Below the pieces are notes generated by a model, which was given only the letters and a program-made list of their open reading frames with translations, ran no database searches and was not told the origin of the DNA. Positions 8,193 to 17,857 of a stretch of DNA of 39,129 bases are shown here, in pieces. The DNA is from a phage. The stretch lies in the sequence record PX309103.1; one strand, written 5' to 3'. The position numbers and the translations under genes were made by a program. Each line of letters opens with the position of its first letter. Positions within the stretch are counted from its first letter, which is position 1.

Positions 8193-8210
8193 ACTATCAC
8201 TGTAGGACAG
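8188..8210 (+). promoter_or_regulatory. Phage RNAP promoter variant (phi2.5-like)
   Basis: TAAACTATCACTGTAGGACA; one mismatch in the TATA core. Confidence 0.55.
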
Positions 8211-8250
8211 ACGTCCAGTTCGTAACTTTTAAATTAGGAGATTTACACCA

Positions 8251-8949
8251 ATGGCTAAAGAGCAACTGAAGACTTTCACCACTCCGGTAGCTGGTATCGT
8301 TGAGCCTTACGCATGGCTTAACAAAGCAGACACCAAGTTCAACGAGCGTGGTGAACACAAAGTCAACCTGACATTCGACCTGAGCAACCCGAAGGTCCGT
8401 AAGATGATTGATGTCTTACAGAAGATTCACGACGATGCGTATGCGAAAGCACTTGCAGACCACGAGAAGAACCCGCCTCAGGTTCAGCGTGGCAAGAAGC
8501 CTATTGAACCACGAGAAGGCGACATGCCGTGGATTGAGAATGGTGATGGTACTGTTACCCTGAAGTTTAAATGCTTCGCGTCTTACCTGAAGGATGGTAA
8601 GTCAGAGCCTATCATATTACGGTTCTACGACACCGATGCTAAGTTAATCCGTGACGTCCCGAATATTGGCGCTGGCTCAAAGCTGAAGGTCAAGTTTAAA
8701 GTCCTGCCGTTCAAGTGGAACGCTGCGACTGGTGCAAGCGTTAAGCTCCAGCTTGAGTCCTGCCTTCTGGTAGAACTGAAGGAGTGGAAAGGCGATGGTG
8801 CAGGTGGCGATGGTGGTTGGGGTGATGATGAAGACCTCGGTACCGGCTACAAAGCGTCAACCGATGGTGACTTCGGGTCTGATGACTTCGGTGACGATGG
8901 TTCCGAAGGTGGTTCCGAGTCCAACTCTGGTGGCGATTACGACTTCTAA
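8251..8949 (+). CDS. Single-stranded DNA-binding protein (gp2.5 family)
   Basis: 232 aa; conserved blocks GKKPIEPREGDMPW, SVKLQLES; acidic C-terminal tail ending DYDF. Confidence 0.93.
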   Translation: MAKEQLKTFTTPVAGIVEPYAWLNKADTKFNERGEHKVNLTFDLSNPKVRKMIDVLQKIHDDAYAKALADHEKNPPQVQRGKKPIEPREGDMPWIENGDGTVTLKFKCFASYLKDGKSEPIILRFYDTDAKLIRDVPNIGAGSKLKVKFKVLPFKWNAATGASVKLQLESCLLVELKEWKGDGAGGDGGWGDDEDLGTGYKASTDGDFGSDDFGDDGSEGGSESNSGGDYDF

Positions 8950-9401
8950 TGGCCCAATGGTCTGCAAAACGGGGGCACTCTGTGGGTGCCTACCGCTCTG
9001 GACTTGAAGCCAAGAACCAGCAGTGGCTGGAACAGAACGGCGTCAAAGCGGAGTACGAAAGCCATTATATCAACTATGTGATTCCGGCTTCCGACCACAA
9101 GTACACACCAGATTTTATTCTTCCTAACGGTATCATCGTGGAGACCAAAGGTATCTTCGATAGTGATGACCGTAAGAAGCACCTTCTGGTACGAGAACAG
9201 CACCCAGAGTTAGACATCCGGTTCGTGTTCTCAAGTTCCCGCTCCAAGCTATACAAAGGGTCTCCGACCACGTATGGTGCATGGTGCGAAAAGAACGGCT
9301 ATAAGTATGCCGATAAGTTCATCCCGGTTGAGTGGCTACGAGAGGAGACTGTACGTCTGCCTTCAGGTATCCTCATCCCCAAGAAGAAAGGAGTTAAGTG
9401 A
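8949..9401 (+). CDS. Endonuclease I, Holliday-junction resolvase (gp3 family)
   Basis: 150 aa; YTPDFILPNGIIVETKG...DDRKKHLLVREQHPELDIRFVFSSSRSKLYKGSPT matches T7 gp3. Confidence 0.93.
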   Translation: MAQWSAKRGHSVGAYRSGLEAKNQQWLEQNGVKAEYESHYINYVIPASDHKYTPDFILPNGIIVETKGIFDSDDRKKHLLVREQHPELDIRFVFSSSRSKLYKGSPTTYGAWCEKNGYKYADKFIPVEWLREETVRLPSGILIPKKKGVK

Positions 9402-9871
9402 TGACTCAGAAATATAGACTTAAGGTTGACCGCCACGGGTGGCCTAAAGGTGCTATCGTTACGAAATGTGCGAAAGACCCTGTACCATCATCTGGACTTG
9501 TTCTGGTGGAATCCACTGAGCGTGGCACCTACAAACACGGAGCAGCAGGTCATAACACTCAGCCTGACGGTATGTGGGGGGCGTGGGTTTTAAAAGAAAA
9601 TCTTGAGGAAATTGTAGAGGATAAACCTCAAGTCCTGCCAGCCTCAAGTGTCCCTCCTGTCACCGTTAAACGTGAAGTCCTGACCATCGACAAGATTGGT
9701 GTAGGCCAGACGTTCATCGTCCACGGAAAGCCTGAAGAAGTTTACGTGAAGATTAGCAACTCACACGTCTTCAACCATAAGCGTCTCCAGATGCACACCA
9801 CGGACGCACAGCGCTTCACCCAGCACCTGAATCTAGTGGTCGTAGAATTGGTGGTGTACAATGGTAAGTAA
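9398..9871 (+). CDS. Hypothetical protein (157 aa) inserted between endonuclease I and lysozyme
   Basis: ORF overlaps both neighbours (ATGA at start); I recognise no motif. Confidence 0.55.
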   Translation: MMTQKYRLKVDRHGWPKGAIVTKCAKDPVPSSGLVLVESTERGTYKHGAAGHNTQPDGMWGAWVLKENLEEIVEDKPQVLPASSVPPVTVKREVLTIDKIGVGQTFIVHGKPEEVYVKISNSHVFNHKRLQMHTTDAQRFTQHLNLVVVELVVYNGK

Positions 9872-10319
9872 GGTACAGTTCAACCCACGGTCCCGGACTG
9901 ACGCTATCTTCGTTCACTGTTCGGCTACCAAGCCAGATATGGACATCGGGGTAGAGACCATCCGTATGTGGCACAAGCAGCAAGGCTGGCTGGACGTAGG
10001 CTACCACTTTATCATCAAACGTGATGGCACTGTGGAAGAGGGTCGCCCGGTCAATGTCGTAGGGTCACACGTTAAGGACTGGAACTCACGGTCTGTAGGC
10101 GTCTGCCTTGTAGGCGGAATCAACGCTAAGGGTCAGTTTGAAGCTAACTTCACTCCAGCCCAGATGAACTCCCTGCGCAACAAGCTGGCTGACCTGAAGG
10201 TCCTGTATCCTCAGGCAGAAATCAAAGCACACCATGACGTAGCACCTAAGGCGTGTCCAAGTTTCGACTTGCAACGCTGGCTGTCTACCAATGAACTGGT
10301 CACTTCCGACCGTGGTTAA
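9861..10319 (+). CDS. Lysozyme / N-acetylmuramoyl-L-alanine amidase (gp3.5 family)
   Basis: 152 aa; TDAIFVHCSATKP, GYHFIIKRDGTVEEGR, APKACPSFDL, ELVTSDRG match T7 lysozyme. Confidence 0.95.
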   Translation: MVSKVQFNPRSRTDAIFVHCSATKPDMDIGVETIRMWHKQQGWLDVGYHFIIKRDGTVEEGRPVNVVGSHVKDWNSRSVGVCLVGGINAKGQFEANFTPAQMNSLRNKLADLKVLYPQAEIKAHHDVAPKACPSFDLQRWLSTNELVTSDRG

Positions 10320-10343
10320 TAAACTCTAAAGGAGAATAACTCA

Positions 10344-10559
10344 ATGATTAAACTTATTGAATTTCTTGGTCGTCTGGTGGTGCGTGGTTATCGTCGTGCT
10401 GCGGTACTGGAACGAAAGGTAGAAAAGAAGACTGCTGACAGTGCGGCTGATGCTGCTGCTCTGGCTGACAAGCTAACAATAGCGTCACTGGAAGCTGGCA
10501 TGAAGGCACGTCAAGCTGACACCAAAGCTGACCAGTTGGCTCAGTTCTTCAAAGCCTAA
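10344..10559 (+). CDS. Hypothetical Ala-rich protein (71 aa)
   Basis: ORF with strong RBS AAAGGAGA. Confidence 0.5.
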   Translation: MIKLIEFLGRLVVRGYRRAAVLERKVEKKTADSAADAAALADKLTIASLEAGMKARQADTKADQLAQFFKA

Positions 10560-10577
10560 ACTATCACCTTAGGGATG
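10555..10577 (+). promoter_or_regulatory. Phage RNAP promoter variant upstream of gene 4
   Basis: TAAACTATCACCTTAGGGAT; two mismatches to the consensus core. Confidence 0.45.
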
Positions 10578-10624
10578 GGACCATGAGTCCTGTCCCTTTG
10601 TCCGCATTATTGACTAAGGAGTGA

Positions 10625-12328
<1,704 letters not shown>

Positions 12329-12339
12329 GGAGGAGTACA

Positions 12340-12504
12340 TTGCTAAGAAAACTTAAAGCTCGCTACCATCGGTTCATGTACAAATGGTGGAGCGATGAAG
12401 CAACCTGCCTGTCAAGCATTATAGGAGAACAGAGGTTCGACTCTAAGGCATGGAAGAAAGCTAACCGGAAGTTTATGTATCACTTCTTGCGTACAGACTT
12501 CTAG
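12340..12504 (+). CDS. Hypothetical small basic protein (54 aa), TTG start
   Basis: AGGAGG 6 nt upstream of TTG at 12340; the ORF-track 12307 start lies inside gene 4. Confidence 0.4.
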   Translation: MLRKLKARYHRFMYKWWSDEATCLSSIIGEQRFDSKAWKKANRKFMYHFLRTDF

Positions 12505-12514
12505 GTCTAGACTC

Positions 12515-12539
12515 AAGGTCATTCACATCGAGTGGCCTT
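12515..12539 (+). promoter_or_regulatory. Conserved hairpin, RNase III-site-like (R4.7 position)
   Basis: AAGGUCAUUC / GAGUGGCCUU stem; same flanks (AGACTCAAGGTC ... TTTATGATTAGAC) as the 5547 and 35956 copies. Confidence 0.6.
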
Positions 12540-12567
12540 TATGATTAGACTAAACGGAGGATTAACC

Positions 12568-14739
12568 ATGTTTGACCTTAAGAGTATCTGGGGTTCTGAC
12601 ATAGAGACCAACGGTCTCCTTGATACAGTCTCCCAGTTTCACTGTGGGGTCCTGATTAACGCCGAGTCGAATGAGACCCTTAAGTATGGGGTAGCTCCGA
12701 TGGTCGGTATCGTCGGTGGCTTCAAAGAGTATGTACAGAAGGTGGAAGAGATTGCCGCATCACCTGATGGTATGCTGGTATTCCACAACGGTATCAACTA
12801 TGACGTCCCGGCTATTGACAAGCTGAAGCGTCTGTACTTTGGGAAACGCTTTAACTTCCCGAAACACAAGATGATTGATACCTTGGTGCTGGGACGCTTG
12901 ATGTATCCAAACATTAAGTTCTCAGACATGGGCGCAGTGAAAGCTGGTCGTCTGCCACCTAAGATGATGGGACGCCAGTCTCTTGAGGCTTGGGGTTATC
13001 GTCTCGGTGAGATGAAAGGTGAGTACAAACACGATTACGTTGCCAAGTGCAAGGCTGAAGGTATCGAATATAAGGCTGGGGACGAATGGTTGTTCCCGTC
13101 TCAGGAGATGCTGGACTATAACGTTCAAGACGTTGTGGTCACACTGTCGTTGTTCAAGAAGTTCCTGACTGACAAGTATTACTTCCAGTCTGAACAGTTC
13201 GCTTTCGACCAGATTTATGCGTTGCGTCTGGAACATGATGCTGCGTGGACCTGTGCGAAGATGGAGCGTAACGGCTATCCGATGAACACCGAGATGGTCG
13301 AAGGCTTATATCGTGAACTAACCGTCAAACGTGCAGAGCTGTTGGACAAGCTGCGTTCGACTTTTGGTAGCTGGTATGCACCGAAGGGAGGCAAGGAGTT
13401 CTTCAGGCACCCACGGACAGGAAAGGACCTCCCGAAGTATCCACGAGTCGTGTATCCTAAGGTCGGTGGCATCTTTAAGAAGCCGAAGAACAAAGCTCAA
13501 CGCTTAGGTCTGGAGCCTTGCGAGTTCGACTCACGAGACACGATGGAGGGAGCGCCGTTCACACCCATCACTTACGTTGAGTTTAATCCGGGAAGCGGGG
13601 ACCACTTAGCGAAAGTTCTGATGGAGCGTGGCTGGGAGCCTGTGGACTTCACTGACACCGGGAAACCTGTAGTCGATGACGAGACGTTAGAACACGTTAA
13701 GTTACCGGACGCAGAGGCTCAGGCTTGCGTAGAGCTGGTCCGTGAGTATCTGGTAGTCCAGAAGCGCATAGGTCAGGCTGCTGAAGGTAAGAACGCATGG
13801 TTGAAACTTGTAGGTCCAGACGGACGTATGCACGGTTCAATCAACCCATGCGGGGCAGTAACTGGACGTGCTACTCACAGTTCACCAAACATGGCTCAGG
13901 TCCCTGCTAACGGTGCTCCGTATGGTGAGATTTGCCGTGGTGCTTTCGGTGCAGCTTGGAACAAGACGGATGGTAAGCCAGACCCTTGGATTCAAGTAGG
14001 TGTGGATGCTTCAGGTCTTGAGCTTCGTTGTCTGGGGAACCGAGCGGCTCCGTTTGATGGCGGTGCCTATGCGAAGACTGTGGTAGAAGGTGACATCCAC
14101 TGGGCCAACGCAGTAAACGCTGGGTTAGCACCTAACGTCCCACGCGATAAGTCGAACCACGACCATGATGCTTTCCGTAACAACGCTAAGACGTTCATCT
14201 ATGCGTTCCTGTATGGTGCAGGGGCCGCTAAGATTGGACTGATAGTAGGCGGTGGGAAGAAGGAAGGTTCAGCTCTCATGAAGAAATTCATTGAGGGTAC
14301 ACCAGCCATCAAAGACCTCAGGGAAGCTGTGAGTAGTACGTTAATCTCAGACTCTAAGTGGGTGGACGGAGAGAATATCGTCAAGTGGAAACGCCGTTGG
14401 TTGCGTGGACTTGATGGTCGCCGTATCCACATCCGGTCTCCACACTCAGCACTGAACGCCTTACTTCAGGGTGACGGTGCGGTAGTCTGTAAGCACTGGA
14501 TTGTCGAGACTGAACGTATGCTTGAAGAGGCAGGGTATGTTCACGGATGGGAAGGTGACTTTGCGTACATGGCTTGGGTGCATGATGAATTGCAGATTGC
14601 GTGTCGTACTCAGGAGATTGCCGAAGAAGTCGTCAAGATTGCGCAACTTGCTATGCGTAAGGTGGGTGAGTTCTATAACTTTAAATGTGTCCTTGATACC
14701 GAAGGTAAGATTGGACCAACGTGGAAGGAGTGTCACTAA
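12568..14739 (+). CDS. DNA polymerase (gp5 family, Pol I-like with 3'-5' exonuclease)
   Basis: Strong T7 gp5 similarity (SDIETNGLL exo motif, KYPRVVYPKVGGIFKKPKNKAQR, AVTGRATHS, DASGLELRCL, YMAWVHDELQ); start at ATG 12568 with GGAGG RBS. Confidence 0.96.
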   Translation: MFDLKSIWGSDIETNGLLDTVSQFHCGVLINAESNETLKYGVAPMVGIVGGFKEYVQKVEEIAASPDGMLVFHNGINYDVPAIDKLKRLYFGKRFNFPKHKMIDTLVLGRLMYPNIKFSDMGAVKAGRLPPKMMGRQSLEAWGYRLGEMKGEYKHDYVAKCKAEGIEYKAGDEWLFPSQEMLDYNVQDVVVTLSLFKKFLTDKYYFQSEQFAFDQIYALRLEHDAAWTCAKMERNGYPMNTEMVEGLYRELTVKRAELLDKLRSTFGSWYAPKGGKEFFRHPRTGKDLPKYPRVVYPKVGGIFKKPKNKAQRLGLEPCEFDSRDTMEGAPFTPITYVEFNPGSGDHLAKVLMERGWEPVDFTDTGKPVVDDETLEHVKLPDAEAQACVELVREYLVVQKRIGQAAEGKNAWLKLVGPDGRMHGSINPCGAVTGRATHSSPNMAQVPANGAPYGEICRGAFGAAWNKTDGKPDPWIQVGVDASGLELRCLGNRAAPFDGGAYAKTVVEGDIHWANAVNAGLAPNVPRDKSNHDHDAFRNNAKTFIYAFLYGAGAAKIGLIVGGGKKEGSALMKKFIEGTPAIKDLREAVSSTLISDSKWVDGENIVKWKRRWLRGLDGRRIHIRSPHSALNALLQGDGAVVCKHWIVETERMLEEAGYVHGWEGDFAYMAWVHDELQIACRTQEIAEEVVKIAQLAMRKVGEFYNFKCVLDTEGKIGPTWKECH

Positions 14740-14897
14740 TGGCTAAAACTTATAGCGAGCAGGAGGTCAAAGACCTGATGCGGTCAGCTTGGTGGTGTGG
14801 ACACGAGGAGTCTCGTTATAGTCCAAACCTCAGTGGACAGTGCAGTAGAGACATTCGTGAAATTCTGAAAGAACATAACGAAGAAGGAGAAGACTAA
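14739..14897 (+). CDS. Hypothetical small protein (52 aa)
   Basis: ORF coupled at both ends by TAATG overlaps. Confidence 0.4.
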   Translation: MAKTYSEQEVKDLMRSAWWCGHEESRYSPNLSGQCSRDIREILKEHNEEGED

Positions 14898-15181
14898 TGG
14901 CTATTACTAAACGTATTCGTGTAAGTTTCGACCTGAAGATGGTTGTCAGCTCAAAGGAAGAAGATACCATGTGTCGCCAACTGGCTGAGAGGACTAAAGC
15001 CTACGCTGAGGGCGAGAAGCTGGATGGACTTCAGTTGGCTCTGGTCAAAGCAGCAATCGAATCAGGCCCTGAGTCTGCCATTGAAATTGTCGCCAAGAAG
15101 ATCATCAAGGAGGAGCTGGTAGAGGCCTTTGGTGAGGGTCAGTTAGGTGTGTCCAACCTGCGATTCGAGGTCAAGCAATGA
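14897..15181 (+). CDS. gp5.5-like protein (possible H-NS-binding family)
   Basis: 94 aa; N-terminus MAITKRIRVSFDL resembles recalled T7 gp5.5; assignment tentative. Confidence 0.5.
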   Translation: MAITKRIRVSFDLKMVVSSKEEDTMCRQLAERTKAYAEGEKLDGLQLALVKAAIESGPESAIEIVAKKIIKEELVEAFGEGQLGVSNLRFEVKQ

Positions 15182-15387
15182 GTGAATACTTACGGGTCCT
15201 AGCGGCCCTTAAGTCCTGCCCGAAGACCTTCCAGTCCAACTATGTGCGCAATAACGCTGCACTTGTGGCTGAGGCTGCGAGTCGTGGACATCTAAGCTGC
15301 CTGTCTATGGATGGGCGTAACAACGGTGCGTGGGAGATTACCGCTGCTGGCACCAAGTTCCTGAACCAACATGGAGGCTGTTTATGA
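15178..15387 (+). CDS. gp5.7-like protein
   Basis: LKSCPKTFQSNYVRNNAALVAEAASRGHLSC matches recalled T7 gp5.7. Confidence 0.8.
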   Translation: MSEYLRVLAALKSCPKTFQSNYVRNNAALVAEAASRGHLSCLSMDGRNNGAWEITAAGTKFLNQHGGCL

Positions 15388-15602
15388 GTCAAGACGTATC
15401 AGGCAGAGAACTTAAGGTAGGTCAAAAAGTTGCTTTCTGCCTAGCTGGTAAGTCATACGCTATGTGTATAGGCAAAGTCGTCCGGGTAATGCCAAAGACG
15501 GTAGCCATCAAACACGAGACGTATGACCGCTGGAAGGGAATGACCGAGGAAGTCGAAACGGTACGTGCCTTCTCTTCAGTTTGCATCGTTGAGGAGGCAT
15601 AA
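15384..15602 (+). CDS. Hypothetical protein (72 aa) at the gp5.9 position
   Basis: Start ATG 15384 with GGAGG RBS; not acidic and unlike recalled T7 gp5.9. Confidence 0.5.
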   Translation: MSQDVSGRELKVGQKVAFCLAGKSYAMCIGKVVRVMPKTVAIKHETYDRWKGMTEEVETVRAFSSVCIVEEA

Positions 15603-16468
15603 TGTCAGAGAAGAAAATAGCTCTGGTTCTGGATGGTGACTATCTGGTCTTCTCTTCTATGGCTGCTGCCGAGGACGAGACAGACTGGGGCGATGACATC
15701 TGGACCCTTATCTGCGATCATGCAAAGGCTCGTCGTATCCTTGAGAACACCATCGCTGAAATCGTTAAGAAGCGCAAGGCGTGGAAAGACGCTAAGATTG
15801 TTATGTGCTTTACTGACGATAACAACTGGCGCAAGGACGTACTTCCTACCTATAAGGCTAACCGTAAGGGTTCTCGCAAGCCTGTAGGTTACAAGAAGTT
15901 CGTAGCCGAAGTGATGGCTGACCCACGGTTCAACAGCTTCCTACGTCCCACGCTTGAGGGTGATGACTGTATGGGTATCATCGGGACCAGACCTCAGATT
16001 GTCGGATGTGACCATGCGGTTCTGGTGTCCTGTGATAAGGACTTCAAGACCATCCCGAACTGTGAGTTCTTCTGGTTAACCACTGGTGAAATCCTAAGTC
16101 ATACGACTGCTGAGGCAGACTACTGGCACATGGAGCAGACCATCAAGGGTGATACTACAGATGGCTACGGTGGCATTCCTGGAATGGGTGAGGACACCAC
16201 TCGTGTATTCCTTGACGAGCCGTACTACTTCGTGCAGGAGAGCCGTGAGCTTAAGACTGGCAAGAACAAAGGCCAGATTAAGACTGAGTGGAAGAAGTAT
16301 CCGAAGCGTGAAGACATGACGCTGTGGGACTGCATGGTTACACTGGCTGCTAAGGCTGGAATGACCGAGGAGGAACTTCTGGTCCAAGCTCAGGTCGCTC
16401 GTATTTGTCGAGCCTCCGACTATGACCCTAAGTCCAAGGAGGTCATCCTGTGGACACCATCCATGTAA
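15602..16468 (+). CDS. 5'-3' exonuclease (gp6 family)
   Basis: 288 aa; DHAKARRILE, YKANRKG, CDKDFKTIPNCEFFW, TIKGDTTDGY, LWDC match T7 gp6. Confidence 0.93.
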   Translation: MSEKKIALVLDGDYLVFSSMAAAEDETDWGDDIWTLICDHAKARRILENTIAEIVKKRKAWKDAKIVMCFTDDNNWRKDVLPTYKANRKGSRKPVGYKKFVAEVMADPRFNSFLRPTLEGDDCMGIIGTRPQIVGCDHAVLVSCDKDFKTIPNCEFFWLTTGEILSHTTAEADYWHMEQTIKGDTTDGYGGIPGMGEDTTRVFLDEPYYFVQESRELKTGKNKGQIKTEWKKYPKREDMTLWDCMVTLAAKAGMTEEELLVQAQVARICRASDYDPKSKEVILWTPSM

Positions 16469-16595
16469 TATACTGGGCCGGACTTCTGGCCCTTTACTGC
16501 ATGTACAAGTGGTTCGGGTCGAACAACCGGCCTAAACACTGAGTCTAACCGATAGTCATATCCTATCAATCCAACAGTCATCCATAGGTGAAACA

Positions 16596-16618
16596 CTAAA
16601 CTATCACTATAGGGACTT
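16596..16618 (+). promoter_or_regulatory. Phage RNAP promoter (phi6.5-like)
   Basis: TAAACTATCACTATAGGGACT. Confidence 0.85.
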
Positions 16619-16678
16619 TAGGACCTAAGATATGACTATAAGATAGACTTTAGTCTTAACTTAAAGAGGAGATTCAAG

Positions 16679-16951
16679 ATGGCTATTAATGCTATTGAAA
16701 ACGTTGTTAAGCAGTTACAGGAAGAAAGACTTGATGTCCCGAACATCTCACAGTCTGCTATCCAGTTCCTGCACGTATTGTTCAACGCAAGCTACGCTGA
16801 GAAGATGGGAGCTATTAGTCTCCTCAAGCAGCAGGGCTACAGCGATGCGTTCATTGCCGGATTCATCAAGGGTCTCCAGTATTGCTCTGACACTCTCGAC
16901 TCTGCGATTGCTATGCGTCGTGAGCTGAAAGATACCGTTCAGTTTGATTAA
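16679..16951 (+). CDS. gp6.5-position hypothetical protein (90 aa)
   Basis: ORF with GAGGAG RBS. Confidence 0.55.
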   Translation: MAINAIENVVKQLQEERLDVPNISQSAIQFLHVLFNASYAEKMGAISLLKQQGYSDAFIAGFIKGLQYCSDTLDSAIAMRRELKDTVQFD

Positions 16952-16965
16952 CTGTAGGAGGGACT

Positions 16966-17190
16966 ATGTGTTTCAGTCCGAAGATTAGCACTCCGAAGCC
17001 TTCGGTCCAAGCACCTGAACCAGCACCTCTGAGTGAGGAAGTTGCGTCAGTTGACATCGGGGCTGAATCGGATGTGGACACCAACGAGACCAAAGGTATC
17101 AAAGACCTGAAGGTCAAGAAGGAGTCTGCACCTAAAGATAAATCGTCAGTGAGCCGCGCTATGCGAGCCTCTGGCGTAAACATGGGGTAA
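16966..17190 (+). CDS. gp6.7-like virion protein
   Basis: N-terminus MCFSPKISTPK matches recalled T7 gp6.7. Confidence 0.75.
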   Translation: MCFSPKISTPKPSVQAPEPAPLSEEVASVDIGAESDVDTNETKGIKDLKVKKESAPKDKSSVSRAMRASGVNMG

Positions 17191-17194
17191 GACA

Positions 17195-17599
17195 ATGCTA
17201 CCATATCTCAACTCACGCGAAGGTCGCCACATGTGCGCTTGTCGCCTCTGGGAAGACGGGCAGTCTAACTTCAAGTCATTTGAGGACTTCAAGGCTCATA
17301 CTTACCGTATGGCTGACGAGTTCGATGGTGAAGAGTACACAATCTACGATGTCTCAGGTCAACCAGTAGCGTATCTCTACATGCTGGCTACCGCATCTTG
17401 GCACCGACCAACTCCCGGTCTTGACCTTTCAATCGTCGCTATTCGTCGTGACTCGCAGTCCTCCCGCAAGGTTCTTGAGACTGTCAGGCACATCATAGAC
17501 GAAGAGTGCAAGCGTTGGGGTCTTGGCTGGTATTCTCGTGTCAAGCATGTTTCCGGGTCGGTAGACATCGTAACAACTAAGGAGATTAACCGTGGGTAA
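17195..17599 (+). CDS. gp7-position protein (134 aa), hypothetical
   Basis: ORF in synteny with T7 gene 7. Confidence 0.55.
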   Translation: MLPYLNSREGRHMCACRLWEDGQSNFKSFEDFKAHTYRMADEFDGEEYTIYDVSGQPVAYLYMLATASWHRPTPGLDLSIVAIRRDSQSSRKVLETVRHIIDEECKRWGLGWYSRVKHVSGSVDIVTTKEINRG

Positions 17600-17846
17600 A
17601 TCAATCAGTAAAGCTTTCAAGAAAGTAGTAAAAGGTACGTTAGGGGCAGTTGGTCTTGGAGCTGATGATGCACCTAAAGTTGTTGAGGCTCAGACCCCAG
17701 CACCAGCAGCACCAGTGGAAGTACCGAACGACAAAGTGGAGGATGTGGATACTGAAGCTACTGCATCTGACGAGAAGAAAGTGAAGCGTTCCGGTAAGCG
17801 TAGCCTTCAGGTCTCTCGCACCTCTGGTGGCGGTATTTCTATTTAA
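17592..17846 (+). CDS. gp7.3-like tail/ejection protein, GTG start
   Basis: MGKSISKAFKK... and C-terminal SGGGISI match T7 gp7.3; AAGGAG RBS. Confidence 0.75.
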   Translation: MGKSISKAFKKVVKGTLGAVGLGADDAPKVVEAQTPAPAAPVEVPNDKVEDVDTEATASDEKKVKRSGKRSLQVSRTSGGGISI

Positions 17847-17857
17847 GGAGGTGACGA

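Noticed and set aside
8795-9007. Alternative-frame + strand ORFs overlapping known genes (8795-9007, 12057-12356, 15633-15887, 16689-16928, 23271-23519, 26174-26512, 29391-29573 and others)
   Set aside because: They sit in off-frames of conserved genes with no RBS and low-complexity composition; no evidence of overprinting
12532-12567. ORF-track start codons upstream of the conserved N-termini (12532 for DNA polymerase; also 6044 ligase, 19488 scaffold, 21837 gp11, 28190 gp16, 15330)
   Set aside because: These starts lack an RBS or fall inside upstream regulatory elements (12532 lies in the conserved hairpin); downstream ATGs with proper Shine-Dalgarno spacing match the T7 homologue N-termini
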